From Alphaproteobacteria bacterium (GTDB taxonomy: Bacteria; Pseudomonadota; Alphaproteobacteria; MPNO01): a stretch of DNA of 64,000 bases. The stretch covers positions 32,001 to 96,000 of the forward strand of contig OZ219865.1 in the NCBI GenBank assembly GCA_964291675.2. Direction: 5' to 3'. Positions 47,936 to 58,026 of this stretch are shown piece after piece. The position numbers were made by a program, and so were the translations under genes. The notes under the pieces were generated by a model that was given only the letters and a program-made list of their open reading frames with translations, was not told the origin of the DNA and made no database searches. Each line of letters opens with the position of its first letter. Within the stretch, counting starts at the first letter, position 1.

Positions 47936-49003
47936 ATGAGCGTCCTGCTGCTGCGCCCGGCGGATCTCCAGGGCCTGGTCACGATGGCCGAAGCGATCGA
48001 GGTCATCGAACAGGGCTACCGCGAGGCGGCCGCTTTTCCGGTGATCAACGCGCCCCGTCGGCGCGTCCATTCGCCCTCCGGCGTCCGGGTCAGCAACTTC
48101 CCGGGCGGGGTGCACGGGCTCGGCGTGATCGGCGCGCAGACCCGGGCCGAGCTGGTCGCCCAGACCGAGACCAACCAGAGCTACGGCTTCCGCGGCCCGC
48201 CGGTGCATGTGCTGAGCGACTCGGCGACCGGGGAGCTGCTCGCCATACTGATCGGCGAGATCGACGAGAAGACGCTCGGCCCGACCAGCCTGATGGCGTT
48301 CCGCACCGCGGCGGCGAGCGGCGTCGGGTTCCGCCACCTGGTGCGCCGGGACGCGCGCATCGCCGGGCTGTTCGGCTCGGCCGGGCAGGCGGCCAACCAG
48401 CTCCTCGCCCTGTTGACGGTGCGCGATATCGAGCGGGTCAAGCTCTACAGCCGCGATGCGGAGAACCGGCGCCGCTTCGCCGCCCGATACGGCGCCAGGT
48501 TCGGCGTCGAGATCGAGCCCGTCGCCGCGCCGCGCGATGCCGTCGAGGGCGTCGATGCGATCGTCGTTGCGACCAACACCAACGTTCCCGTCTTCGACGG
48601 CGACTGGCTGGCGCCGGGCCAGCACGTCACCGGCATCGTCGGCTCCAACATCCAGCTCGTCGAAGGCGGGTTCCTCAAGCGCCGGCGCCGCGAGATCGAC
48701 GACCGCACCGCCCGGCGCGCCGACGTGATCGTCGCCAATTTGCGCGAGTCCGTGCTGTCGGAGCAGCAGGGCGACCTGTTCGAGCCCATCGAGCGCGGGC
48801 TGATCCGCGCCGAGGACATTCTCGATCTCGGCGACGTGGCAGCGGGACACGTGCCCGGGCGGACCTCGCGCCGACAGATCACCTATCACAAGAACAACAA
48901 CGGCACCGGCGCGTCCGAGCTCGCCCTGGCCGGGCTGGCGTACCGGCTCGCCCGGGCGGCCGGGCGCGGGGTCGAGATCGACCTCGAACCCGTGACCGTC
49001 TGA
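47936..49003 (+). CDS. Ornithine cyclodeaminase/mu-crystallin family protein
   Basis: FRTAAASG, GSAGQA, VVATN, PGQHVTGI, GRTSRRQIT. Confidence 0.87.
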   Translation: MSVLLLRPADLQGLVTMAEAIEVIEQGYREAAAFPVINAPRRRVHSPSGVRVSNFPGGVHGLGVIGAQTRAELVAQTETNQSYGFRGPPVHVLSDSATGELLAILIGEIDEKTLGPTSLMAFRTAAASGVGFRHLVRRDARIAGLFGSAGQAANQLLALLTVRDIERVKLYSRDAENRRRFAARYGARFGVEIEPVAAPRDAVEGVDAIVVATNTNVPVFDGDWLAPGQHVTGIVGSNIQLVEGGFLKRRRREIDDRTARRADVIVANLRESVLSEQQGDLFEPIERGLIRAEDILDLGDVAAGHVPGRTSRRQITYHKNNNGTGASELALAGLAYRLARAAGRGVEIDLEPVTV

Positions 49004-49029
49004 CCTCCGGCACCCGAGCCTGCCGGCCC

Positions 49030-49770
49030 ATGCCGGGTCTCGATCTCGACGCGTGGCAGGCAGCGGCGGTGCTGCTGTCGGGCACGGTGGCGGGTGCCTT
49101 GCGCGGCTTCTCGGGTTTCGGCGCGGCGCTGGTGCTGGCGCCGGTGGTCAGCCTGATCGTCGGCGCCCATGTCGCGGTCCCGGCCATCATGCTCTCGATG
49201 TTCGTCACCACGGCGCAGCTCATCCCGACGACCTGGCGCCACGTCCGGTGGTCGGACCAGCTCGCCCTGTCGCTGTCCGGCTGCATCGGGGTGCCGGCGG
49301 GGGTGGCGGTGCTGATCCATCTCGATCCCGAGACGATGCGCCGCTCCATCTCCGTCATCACCGTCCTGCTCGCCCTGTTCCTGCTGACCGGGTGGCGCAC
49401 CGGCCATCGGTCAAGCCGCGTCGGGGCGGTGGCGATGGGAGGGCTCGGCGGCGTGCTGTCGGGCTCCACCTCGCTCGGCGGCCCGCCGGTGGTCGCCTAT
49501 CTGCTGGCCGGGCCGGGCAGCGCGGCGCAGACGCGGGCGAGCCTGCTCTACTATTTCGCCTTCACCCAGATGGCGGCCCTGGTCGTGTACTGGCTCGGCG
49601 GGCTGATGAGCTGGGAGGTGGCGGTCGCCGCCGCGGTCGTCGCGCCGTCGCTCGTGGTCGGGGCCTGGATCGGGACCAGGCTGTTCCACCTGGCCAGCGA
49701 ACGGACGTTCCGCCGGGTGGCGCTGGCCATCCTGCTGCTGGTCGGCGTTTCGACCTTCTTCGCCCGATGA
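49030..49770 (+). CDS. TauE/SafE family (sulfite exporter-like) membrane protein
   Basis: LRGFSGFGAAL, GSTSLGGPP; about 8 TM. Confidence 0.87.
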   Translation: MPGLDLDAWQAAAVLLSGTVAGALRGFSGFGAALVLAPVVSLIVGAHVAVPAIMLSMFVTTAQLIPTTWRHVRWSDQLALSLSGCIGVPAGVAVLIHLDPETMRRSISVITVLLALFLLTGWRTGHRSSRVGAVAMGGLGGVLSGSTSLGGPPVVAYLLAGPGSAAQTRASLLYYFAFTQMAALVVYWLGGLMSWEVAVAAAVVAPSLVVGAWIGTRLFHLASERTFRRVALAILLLVGVSTFFAR

Positions 49771-50507
49771 TGCCGCTCGGCCTCGACGTCTGGGAGGTCG
49801 CGCTGGTGGCGACGGCCTTCGCCGCATCCGGCATCGTCCGGGGGTTCGGCGGCGGGATCGGCGCGAATTTCCTCACCGCGCCGGTGCTCGCCCTGCTGGT
49901 CGGACCGCGCGAGGCGGTGCCGATCGTCATGCTGCTCAACATGGTCGGCAACCTCCAGCTCATACCGCAGACCCTGCCCTCGGTGAACTGGCGGGATGGC
50001 TGGCCGCTCTTCTTCTTCCCCATACTGACGGTGCCGCTCGGCGGCTGGCTCCTGTTCACCGTCGACGAGGACGTGATGCGCCGCGCGATCGCGGCGGCGG
50101 CGCTCGCATTCTCGCTCCTGCTGCTCAGCGGCTGGCGCTATCGCGGAGGCCAGCGGATGGGCCTCTCCATCGCCACCGGATCGGTGTCGGGCGTCCTCGT
50201 GGGCTCGGTCTCGCTCGGCGGCCCGCCGGCCTTCCTCTATCTGCTGGCGGGCTCCGGCGACGCCGCGACCAACCGGGCGCAGTTCGTGATGTTCGGTACC
50301 ACCGCCGGGCTCGCCGCGCTGGTCATGTTCACCGCTGCCGGCGCCTATCGGCTCGAAACCGTCCTGTTCGCCGCCTTCCTGACGATCCCGGCGGCGCTCG
50401 GCATCTGGCTCGGCTCGATCCTGTTCCGCCGGGCCAGCGAAGATTTGTTCAGGCGGGTCTGCCTGTGGGGGCTGGTCGCGGTCTCGCTCTGCGTGCTGGT
50501 GCTGTAG
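49767..50507 (+). CDS. TauE/SafE family membrane protein, second copy
   Basis: C-terminal part of ORF 49053..50507 from MMPLG; VRGFGGG, GSVSLGGPP; ATGA overlap. Confidence 0.85.
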   Translation: MMPLGLDVWEVALVATAFAASGIVRGFGGGIGANFLTAPVLALLVGPREAVPIVMLLNMVGNLQLIPQTLPSVNWRDGWPLFFFPILTVPLGGWLLFTVDEDVMRRAIAAAALAFSLLLLSGWRYRGGQRMGLSIATGSVSGVLVGSVSLGGPPAFLYLLAGSGDAATNRAQFVMFGTTAGLAALVMFTAAGAYRLETVLFAAFLTIPAALGIWLGSILFRRASEDLFRRVCLWGLVAVSLCVLVL

Positions 50508-51274
50508 CCCGGATTCTCGCCACGGACACGGTCAGGCCCGTCCTCACGTACGGTTCGGATATTTCAACAGGCTGGAAGAAGACGCGAGGGTTTGCTCATC
50601 GGCTACGCAGCCAAGAGGTTCCCGGTCGGCCCGCGCTTCACCGCTTCGACTTCGCGTCGTACGCATCTCGACCGGATCGCCGGCCCGAGATCCCGCGACC
50701 GACGGCGCGCATCTCGACCGCATCGAACACGGACGCGAGCGCTTGCCGACCGCGGTGTCCCGGATGGAGCGGTTCTCCTCGGCCTGCCGCACGCAGTCCC
50801 GGCCCCGCGACAGGGGGCCCTCGTGAAGCGGAACGTCCCGGCAAATGCCCGGTGCCAGTGGAGCATTATAGCCCGCCGCTCATCGGTTCCCGGTACGGGA
50901 GTACCGGCTCCTCACCGTTCCGATCCAGCGCGGACAGGCGTTACCGCTGCTGGCCTGTCGACGATGTCCGTCCCGTCCGCCTCGTTGACCGCACGCCAAG
51001 CGGCGCGATAGGTTGTCGGTCTCTCATGTTGCCCGTTCTGCATTGCACGCCCGACAGCGGACAAGGAGCGAGAGGCAGACATGCATCGGAACGGCAGCAA
51101 GCCAGCTCGCGGACGTTGCCCTCCGAGACTTGCCAGGTCCGTGAGATTGGCCCGAGACTACCGTATGTTGCGTCTCGCAACCCTTGCGGATGGCACGACG
51201 ACAGCGCCCGTCGGTTGCGCTGCGGGGAGGCCGCCCGTGCTCTTCCGACCGGGGCAGTTCGGCGGGGACTGTCG

Positions 51275-52111
51275 ATGACACAAGAACATACCATTATCGA
51301 CACCGATTTGCGCCGGGCCTATGAGACAGACGGTGTCGTATGCCTGCGCAGGGCTTTCGATCCGCACTGGCTGGGGGTCGCTGCCGACGCCATCGAACAG
51401 GGGCGGGCGAATCCCGGCCCGATGTACATCGACTATTCGGCGGAAACGAAGCCCGGCACCTACTGCACGGATTTCTGGATCTGGCAGCATGTGCCGGCGA
51501 TGCGCGCCTTCATTTTCGAATCGCCGGCGGCCGGGTTCGCGGGTGAGATCATGGACGTCAGCGCCGTGATGCTGGTGACGGACAACTGGTTGGTCCGGGA
51601 AGCCGGGGCGGTCAACCGGGCGCCTTGGCATCATGACGGGCCCTATTTCGACCTGGACGGGAAATGGTGCGTGCTGTGGATGGCGCTTGAACCGGTTGGC
51701 CCCGGCGAAGGCATCGTGTTCCTGAAAGGCTCCCACAGGTGGGGGAGGCTCTTCATGCCGGAGAGCTTCGCAGGCACCGGCCCGAAAGCCGAAGTGCGGG
51801 AACCTTACGAGCGAACGCCCGATTTCGCGCAACAACCGGGGCATTGCGTCCCGGTCGAGTACGCCCTGGAACCGGGCGATTGCGTGGTATTCGATGCTCT
51901 GACCGTCCATGGCGCTCCCGACGCCAAACCGCAAGAGCACAACAGCCGGCGCCTCACCGTTCGCTTTGCGGCAGGCGACGCCATCTATCGACGCCGGGGC
52001 TCCTGGACCCGTGAGATGACGGACTATTTGGAGCGTGAGTACGGCCTGACCGAAGGCGGGTCCTACCGCTGCGATCTGCTACCCATTCTGTGGTCGAGGG
52101 AAGGCGTCTAG
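51275..52111 (+). CDS. Phytanoyl-CoA dioxygenase (PhyH) family 2OG/Fe(II) oxygenase
   Basis: YETDGVVCLRRAF, PWHHD (HxD), WMAL, GSHRW, LEPGDCVVF...TVHGA, RR. Confidence 0.88.
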   Translation: MTQEHTIIDTDLRRAYETDGVVCLRRAFDPHWLGVAADAIEQGRANPGPMYIDYSAETKPGTYCTDFWIWQHVPAMRAFIFESPAAGFAGEIMDVSAVMLVTDNWLVREAGAVNRAPWHHDGPYFDLDGKWCVLWMALEPVGPGEGIVFLKGSHRWGRLFMPESFAGTGPKAEVREPYERTPDFAQQPGHCVPVEYALEPGDCVVFDALTVHGAPDAKPQEHNSRRLTVRFAAGDAIYRRRGSWTREMTDYLEREYGLTEGGSYRCDLLPILWSREGV

Positions 52112-52551
52112 CTGTCCCGCATGCAAAGTTCGTATAGTTATGACTGGCGGGGCCTTGCGGATCGAGCGCAGATTGTGCTGCCGGCGTCCAGGAGGCTGAC
52201 CGACGTGCAGATCGGAAGCGCGCTGGGGGTCACCGACCGGACCGCCGGGAAGTGGCGCAACCGGTTCGCCGAACACCGTCTTGACGGGCTTGACGACGAG
52301 CCGCGCGCCGGCCGTCCGCGGCGCACCGGTGACGATGCCGTGGCGGAGGCGGTGCGCAAGACGCTGGAGGACGAGCCCCGCGACATCGTCGGGCCGTACG
52401 TGGACCCGCCGCAGCACGCCATGGTGCTTTGCGTGGACGGGAAGTCGCAAGTTCAGGCCCTGGACCGCAGCCAGCCGCCGTTGCCTCAGGACACCCGAAA
52501 CCACTGCCGCAAACACTTCATAACGCTACGAACTTCGGAATCAGGACAGTA
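52109..52551 (+). mobile_element. Internally deleted IS630-family element (MITE-like), both ends retained
   Basis: Transposase fragments RAQIVL, KWRNRFAEHRLDGLDDEPRAGRPR, RDIVG.Y.DPP..AMVLCVD.KSQVQALDRSQP, RTSESG; TA-flanked imperfect TIRs CTGTCC...AAGTTCGTA / TACGAACTT...GGACAG. Confidence 0.85.
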
Positions 52552-52584
52552 GCGGCTGACTTCGGGCTGAGTTCGAGTTCTTTC

Positions 52585-53577
52585 TCAGGTGTCGATGGCG
52601 AGACCGGCGCCGGCGTCGCGGGCGACGGCATAGGCATGGGTGGCGATGGCGGTGTCCTGGACACCGGTGCCGGTCAGGTCGCAGACCGTAATCTCGCCAT
52701 CGCCGACCCGCCCGGGGCTGCGTCCCGCGCAGATATCGCCGAGCTCGGTCACGGAAAACCGGTTGTCGACCGCACCGGCGGCCAAAGCCGTCCGCAATTC
52801 GCCCAGCGCCTCCGACTGCCCGCGCCGATCGCAGACGAATCGATCCGCGCGGGCGAGAACGGCCGGTTCGAGCTCGTTCTTTTCTCCGGAGTCCGAGCCC
52901 ATGGCGGTGATGTGCTGACCCGGCCTGAGCCACGCCGCATAGACCAGCGGTGCGCGCGCCGGGGTGGTCGTGAGCACGACGCGCGATTCGGCGACGCAGG
53001 CCTCGGCGCTCGGCGCGACATCGACGGAGCAGCCGAGCGCCGCGCTCATCCTGGCGGCGTAGGCGGCCGCCTTTCGCGCATCCCGCGTCCAGACCAGAAC
53101 GCGATCGAAATCGCGGACCAGATTGAGCGCCCGAAGCTGGAGATCGGCCTGGACGCCCGCGCCGATCACCCCCACCGTGCCGACGCGCGCCGGCGCCAGA
53201 TGTTTCGCCGCGACGGCGCCCGCCGCCGCCGTCCGCACATCGGTCAGGTAGCCGTTGTCGAGCAGGACCGCCTGAACCACCCCGGTCGCCGCGCTGAACA
53301 GGACCATCAGTCCGTTGAGGCTCGGCAACCCCAGCCGCGGATTGTCGAAGAAGCCGGGGCTGACCTTGACGGCAAACCCGTCGAGGCCGGGCACGTAGGC
53401 GGTCTTGACATCGACCTCGCCGTTGGCCGCCTCGATGGCCATGGAAAGCACCGGCGGCATCACGACCGCGCCGCCGGCGAGAGCCGCGAACGCCTCTTCC
53501 ACGATCGAGACCGCTTCGGCGTCGACGGCGACCAGGGCGCGCAAATCGGATTCGGTCAGGACGGCGATTCGCGCCAT
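52585..53577 (-). CDS. eutC: Ectoine utilization cyclodeaminase-family protein EutC
   Basis: GEVDVKTAYVPG, KVSPGFFDNP.LGLPSLNGLM, LDNGYLTDVRTAAAG, AMGSD, DLTGTGVQD; next to ehu genes. Confidence 0.88.
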   Translation of the reverse strand: MARIAVLTESDLRALVAVDAEAVSIVEEAFAALAGGAVVMPPVLSMAIEAANGEVDVKTAYVPGLDGFAVKVSPGFFDNPRLGLPSLNGLMVLFSAATGVVQAVLLDNGYLTDVRTAAAGAVAAKHLAPARVGTVGVIGAGVQADLQLRALNLVRDFDRVLVWTRDARKAAAYAARMSAALGCSVDVAPSAEACVAESRVVLTTTPARAPLVYAAWLRPGQHITAMGSDSGEKNELEPAVLARADRFVCDRRGQSEALGELRTALAAGAVDNRFSVTELGDICAGRSPGRVGDGEITVCDLTGTGVQDTAIATHAYAVARDAGAGLAIDT

Positions 53578-53593
53578 TTCGGCGGCGGTCCGC

Positions 53594-54406
53594 TCAGCCG
53601 GCTTCGAGGACGGCGCTCAGGAATTGTCGCGTTCGTGCGCTTTGCGGGTCGCCGAACAGCCGGTCGGGCGGTCCCTGCTCTTCAATCTTTCCGTCGTAGA
53701 AAAAGCACACGCGATCGGAGATTTCCCGGGCGAAGCCCATCTGGTGGGTGACCATGAGCATGGTCAGATTGTGTTCGGTATTGAGCAGCCGGATGACGTT
53801 CAGCACTTCGCCGATCACTTCCGGGTCGAGCGCCGAAGTGACTTCGTCCAGCAGCATCACTTTCGGGCGCATGGCGAGAGCCCGGGCTATGGCGACGCGC
53901 TGCTGCTGGCCGCCGGACAGGCGCGAGGGATGCTGGTCCTGCTTGTCGGCCAGCCCCACCAGCTCCAGCAGTTCTATGGCCCTTTCCTCCGCTTCCTGCT
54001 TGGGCAGGCCGAGAACCTGGATCGGCGCTTCGATGCAGTTTTGCAGCGCCGTCATGTGGGGAAACAGGTTGAAGTGCTGGAACACCATGCCGATATTCGT
54101 CCGCATCCGGCGAAGATGCCCGGGGGACGCGCGAACCAGCCGGTCCCCTTCGGCCATATGGGTGAGCGGCTCCCTGTCGACGTAGATTGCACCTTCGTCG
54201 ATTTCCTCAAGCGTCATCAGCATGCGCAGAACGGTCGTCTTGCCCGAGCCCGACGGCCCGATGATCGACACCATCTCGTTTGCGGCAACATCGAGATCGA
54301 GCGCGTCCAGAACGGTCAGGGAGCCGTACCGCTTGGTTACGGCGGCGAACCGCACCATGGGGACATCCTCGCCTTCGAGCTGTAACGGCAGGTTGTTTTC
54401 AGTCAT
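53594..54406 (-). CDS. ehuA: Ectoine/hydroxyectoine ABC transporter ATPase
   Basis: GPSGSGKTTVLRMLMTLE, LSGGQQQRVAIARALAMRP, DEVTSALDPE, HNLTMLMVTHQM. Confidence 0.9.
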   Translation of the reverse strand: MTENNLPLQLEGEDVPMVRFAAVTKRYGSLTVLDALDLDVAANEMVSIIGPSGSGKTTVLRMLMTLEEIDEGAIYVDREPLTHMAEGDRLVRASPGHLRRMRTNIGMVFQHFNLFPHMTALQNCIEAPIQVLGLPKQEAEERAIELLELVGLADKQDQHPSRLSGGQQQRVAIARALAMRPKVMLLDEVTSALDPEVIGEVLNVIRLLNTEHNLTMLMVTHQMGFAREISDRVCFFYDGKIEEQGPPDRLFGDPQSARTRQFLSAVLEAG

Positions 54407-54425
54407 CGTGCTCGCCTGCGGATAG

Positions 54426-55097
54426 TTACGATGTCATGCCGAGACGCCGCTTCACCCAGGCTTCGAATTGTCGAAGTCCTCCGGCGGTCGGCAGCGAAAT
54501 AATCAGGAAAATTATGCCCACCAGGGTGTAGGGCTCCAGGTAACGATAGGTCTCCGAGCCCAGCGCGCCGGCCACATGCATCAGCTCCGCCACCCCGATG
54601 ACCGAGAGCATCGGCGTATCCTTGAATATGCCGACAAGGTAGTTTCCCATGCCCGGGAGCGCAGCCGGCAGGGCCTGCGGAATGATGATCCGCGAGTAGG
54701 TCCGGCGCATGCTGAGATTGAGCGCGCGGCAAGCCTCCCACTGGCCCTTCGGAATGCTCTCGATCCCGGCGCGATACACCTCGGAGAGATAGCTCGCGTA
54801 GTGCAGGCCGATCGCGATCATGCCCGCGGTCCAGGGCGACAGGCGGATGCCGAATTGCGGCGCGACGTAGAAAACGAAGAAAATCTGGAGCACCAGCGGA
54901 GTCGAGCGGATAAACTCGACGGATTCCCGAACGCCCAGGGTGAGCGGCTTGTACCGGGTGCGCTGGCCCAGTGCGAACATCAGACCGACGACAAGCGCGA
55001 TCAGATAGCCGATCCCGGCGGCGAGCAGCGTGTTTAGCGTGGCCTCGATCAGCCGCGGCAGGATTTCGAAAGTAAAGTCCCAACGCCAGTCGAACAT
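54426..55097 (-). CDS. ehuD: Ectoine/hydroxyectoine ABC permease
   Basis: WDFTFEILP, EFIRSTPLVLQ, GLHYASYLSEVYRAGI, GNYLVGIFKDTP. Confidence 0.88.
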   Translation of the reverse strand: MFDWRWDFTFEILPRLIEATLNTLLAAGIGYLIALVVGLMFALGQRTRYKPLTLGVRESVEFIRSTPLVLQIFFVFYVAPQFGIRLSPWTAGMIAIGLHYASYLSEVYRAGIESIPKGQWEACRALNLSMRRTYSRIIIPQALPAALPGMGNYLVGIFKDTPMLSVIGVAELMHVAGALGSETYRYLEPYTLVGIIFLIISLPTAGGLRQFEAWVKRRLGMTS

Positions 55098-55110
55098 CGC
55101 GCCGCCTCCC

Positions 55111-55776
55111 CTATGCCCGGCCCAGCTTGCGGGCCATGACCAGTTCGAGCCGCCGCATTCCCGGCGTGATCATGTATCGTGCCATGATGTAATAGATGAT
55201 CAGCGCGATGCCGAACGCTTCGATCGACAGGAATGTCGATCCGTTGATCTGCTTCGCTTCGAACATGAGGTCGCCGACCGAGATCAAGGCGACGAGGGCC
55301 GTCCCTTTCAGGAGCTCGATCAGCAGGTTGCCCCATTGCGGCAGCATGATGAGAACCGCCTGGGGCAGGATGATCCGGCGCATTTTGCTTGCAGGCGGAA
55401 TGTTCAGGGCCAGGGCCGCCTCGTACTGGCCGCGCGGCACGGACTGGATCGCGCCGCGGACCACCTCCGCACCGTAGGCGCCGAGATTCATTCCGACGGC
55501 CACGAACCCCGCGGTGAATTTCTCCAGGGGCAGGCCGAACAGCGGAAGAACGAAAAATATCCAGTACAGCTGCACCAGCAATGAGGTGCCGCGAAAAATT
55601 TCGATGTAGACGATCGCGATGCCCCTGACGACCAGATTCCGGGCGAGCCGCATCAATCCCATCAGCAGGGCAATGGCGATCGCAAGCAGCGACGCCAGCA
55701 CCGTCTGCTGCGCGGTTATCCAGGCCCCGGAGGCGAACCGCGGCCAGTATTCCAGAAGGAAATCAAGGAATGTCAT
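55111..55776 (-). CDS. ehuC: Ectoine/hydroxyectoine ABC permease
   Basis: YIEIFRGTSLLVQLYW, GAYGAEVVRGAI, NLLIELLKGTAL. Confidence 0.88.
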   Translation of the reverse strand: MTFLDFLLEYWPRFASGAWITAQQTVLASLLAIAIALLMGLMRLARNLVVRGIAIVYIEIFRGTSLLVQLYWIFFVLPLFGLPLEKFTAGFVAVGMNLGAYGAEVVRGAIQSVPRGQYEAALALNIPPASKMRRIILPQAVLIMLPQWGNLLIELLKGTALVALISVGDLMFEAKQINGSTFLSIEAFGIALIIYYIMARYMITPGMRRLELVMARKLGRA

Positions 55777-55894
55777 CGGCGCAATGCCCCCCGCGCAGCC
55801 GCATCCTGCGCCCGCGCTGCAAATTCAGCCGATGCCGGAATCCGGCTGCCGGCGCTGGACGCGCAATCGCCGGCAGCCGGAATTCCATGAACCG

Positions 55895-56746
55895 TTACCG
55901 GTTTGCGCATGCGTGTGCCGTGGTCGCGTCGCCAGGCAGTTGCGCGTTGGTGTAACCGTAGGGCTTCACGGCCGCCAACATCTCGTCCGAGCCGAGATAG
56001 CCCTTGAGCGCGGCATTGAACGCCTTCTGCATGGCCCCGTCCGACTGGCGGAACGCGATGCCCACCCAGTTCAGGGTCCATTTCGGCAGCTTCGACGGAT
56101 CGGTCACGGATACCGCTCCGGCCGATTTCTTGGCCAGGTTCAGCGCCGTGAAGTAGGTGACGCCGCCGGCCGCCGCACGTTCTGCCTTGACTGCCGCCAG
56201 TATCTCGGTCGGCCCGGGAACCTGCATGATCTTGTCGGCCGCAATGCCCTGCTTCTTCGCCACGCCGATGATGTTGTACCCGGCGCCGGTGACCAGCGTC
56301 GCCCCGAGGCGCTTGATGTCGGCATAGGTCTGGATGCCCTGGGGGTTGCCCTTGGCGACGATGAAGGCATCGCCGAACACGCCGATCGGGTCGGAGAACA
56401 GCACGTTCTCGCAGCGCTTCTTCAGGATATACATCCCGCCGGTGATGACATCGAACCGGTTCGCCCTGAGGCCGGGGATCAGCCCGCCCCATTCGGTCAC
56501 CACCGGCGAGATCGTCTTGGCGCCCATTTTGTTGAGGACGCCGACGGCGATGGCGTTGGCGAAGCCGAGCGGCTTCTTGTTCTCGCCCGGATAGGCCCAC
56601 GGCACCTCGTTGGCAAAACCGATGCGAACCGGCTTTCCGGCCTTCAGATCGGCAAGCATATCCGCCTGGGCCGCCGGGACCGCAACGGCAGTTGCAAGTA
56701 TTGCGGCGGACAGGCCGACGATCCGTTTCCTCCAATTCCAATTCAT
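55895..56746 (-). CDS. ehuB: Ectoine/hydroxyectoine ABC substrate-binding protein
   Basis: Signal peptide, RIGFANEVPWAY, TEWGGLIPGL...RFD...GMYI...RC. Confidence 0.87.
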   Translation of the reverse strand: MNWNWRKRIVGLSAAILATAVAVPAAQADMLADLKAGKPVRIGFANEVPWAYPGENKKPLGFANAIAVGVLNKMGAKTISPVVTEWGGLIPGLRANRFDVITGGMYILKKRCENVLFSDPIGVFGDAFIVAKGNPQGIQTYADIKRLGATLVTGAGYNIIGVAKKQGIAADKIMQVPGPTEILAAVKAERAAAGGVTYFTALNLAKKSAGAVSVTDPSKLPKWTLNWVGIAFRQSDGAMQKAFNAALKGYLGSDEMLAAVKPYGYTNAQLPGDATTAHACANR

Positions 56747-56847
56747 CGTTTACCTCCTTCGGGTTTTCCGGTGAGTCGCTTCACCGGTGCGCCGGTCCGG
56801 CGGACATGCCGCGAACCGGCGGAACGTCGGACCGCGCCGGCATGCCG

Positions 56848-58026
56848 TCATGCTGCCGACCTCAGACCGACCATCCAATTGCGCAGCCGGTCCAGAAACC
56901 CGAGACAGGCCTCCAGCTGGCTGATCGCAATGAATTCGTCCGGCTTGTGCGCCTGTTCGATGCTTCCGGGTCCGAACAGGACTGTGGACATCTCCGAGTT
57001 CTGGAAATGTCCTGCGTCCGACCCGAATGACGCCACCCGGTCGGAGTTCAACCCGGTCAGGTGTCGGATCAGATCGATCGCCTCCATGTTCCGGCCCTGG
57101 TCGAGTCCCGGCAGCGCGGCGAATATTTCGGTGTCGATTTCCGCGGCGGGACAATGTCGCCGCATTTCCGGCAGGAGATGGCGCGCGGCAAACCTGCGAA
57201 CTCGTTCAATGACGGCCTCGCCGTCGACCCCCGGTAGCGGTCGCAGTTCCCAATCGAACGTGCAGTTGCCGGCGACGATATTTCGTGCGACGCCGCCCTC
57301 GATTGTGCCGACGCTGATCGTCGAATAGGGCGGATCGTATGGCGACTGGGCGTCCGCATCCTTTTCGAGTTCCCGCGCGACACGGCGAAGGAAGTCGATA
57401 TAGCGCGCGGCATACTCGATTGCGTTCACACCCTTCCGCGGATCGGACGCATGCGCTTCGAGACCGCGAATCGCGGTCGTCATCTCGAAGCCGCCCTTGT
57501 GTCCCGAAACGATCTGCATTTCGGTCGGCTCGCCGACAATGGCGATCGCCGGCGCGAACGGCTGTTCTTTCAGCCTGTCCAGCAGGATGGGGGCGCCGCA
57601 GCTGCCGATCTCTTCATCGAACGTGAAGGCCAGATGGAGCGGTCGCTCCAATTCCGACGACACCAAATCGGGCACTGCCGCCAGGGCGCACGCAATGAAC
57701 CCCTTCATGTCCGCCGTTCCGCGCCCGAACAGATATCCGTTCCGGCGGGTCATCTCGAAGGGTGGGGTCTTCCAGTCCTGCCCTGCAACCGGCACGACAT
57801 CGGTATGGCCCGACAGGACAATGCCGCCGTCGGTTTCCGGCCCGATGGTCGCAAAGAGATTGGCTTTCTCGCCCCGGTCGTCGCTGCTGAGCTGCACCGT
57901 CACGCCGAAGCGGTCCAGATAGGCGACGACAAAGTCGATCAGCTCGAGGTTGGAGGCGGCCGATACGGTTTCGAAGCCGACCAATTCGGCCAGCAGGTCA
58001 ATCGTCCGGTCCAGTCGCGCGGTCAT
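56848..58026 (-). CDS. argE: Acetylornithine deacetylase ArgE-like M20 deacetylase
   Basis: From MTARLD; LSGHTDVVP, GRGTADMKGF, FDEEIG, IVGEPT, GPGSIEQAHKPDEF; ATGA overlap with eutB. Confidence 0.85.
   Translation of the reverse strand: MTARLDRTIDLLAELVGFETVSAASNLELIDFVVAYLDRFGVTVQLSSDDRGEKANLFATIGPETDGGIVLSGHTDVVPVAGQDWKTPPFEMTRRNGYLFGRGTADMKGFIACALAAVPDLVSSELERPLHLAFTFDEEIGSCGAPILLDRLKEQPFAPAIAIVGEPTEMQIVSGHKGGFEMTTAIRGLEAHASDPRKGVNAIEYAARYIDFLRRVARELEKDADAQSPYDPPYSTISVGTIEGGVARNIVAGNCTFDWELRPLPGVDGEAVIERVRRFAARHLLPEMRRHCPAAEIDTEIFAALPGLDQGRNMEAIDLIRHLTGLNSDRVASFGSDAGHFQNSEMSTVLFGPGSIEQAHKPDEFIAISQLEACLGFLDRLRNWMVGLRSAA

Noticed and set aside
50465-51274. N-terminal 270-aa extension of the PhyH ORF as a fusion domain
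   Set aside because: Low-complexity translation, overlap with tauE, and a plausible internal start at 51275.
52121-52552. 143-aa ORF as an active transposase
   Set aside because: Lacks most of the DDE domain and a central segment; treated as a non-autonomous remnant.
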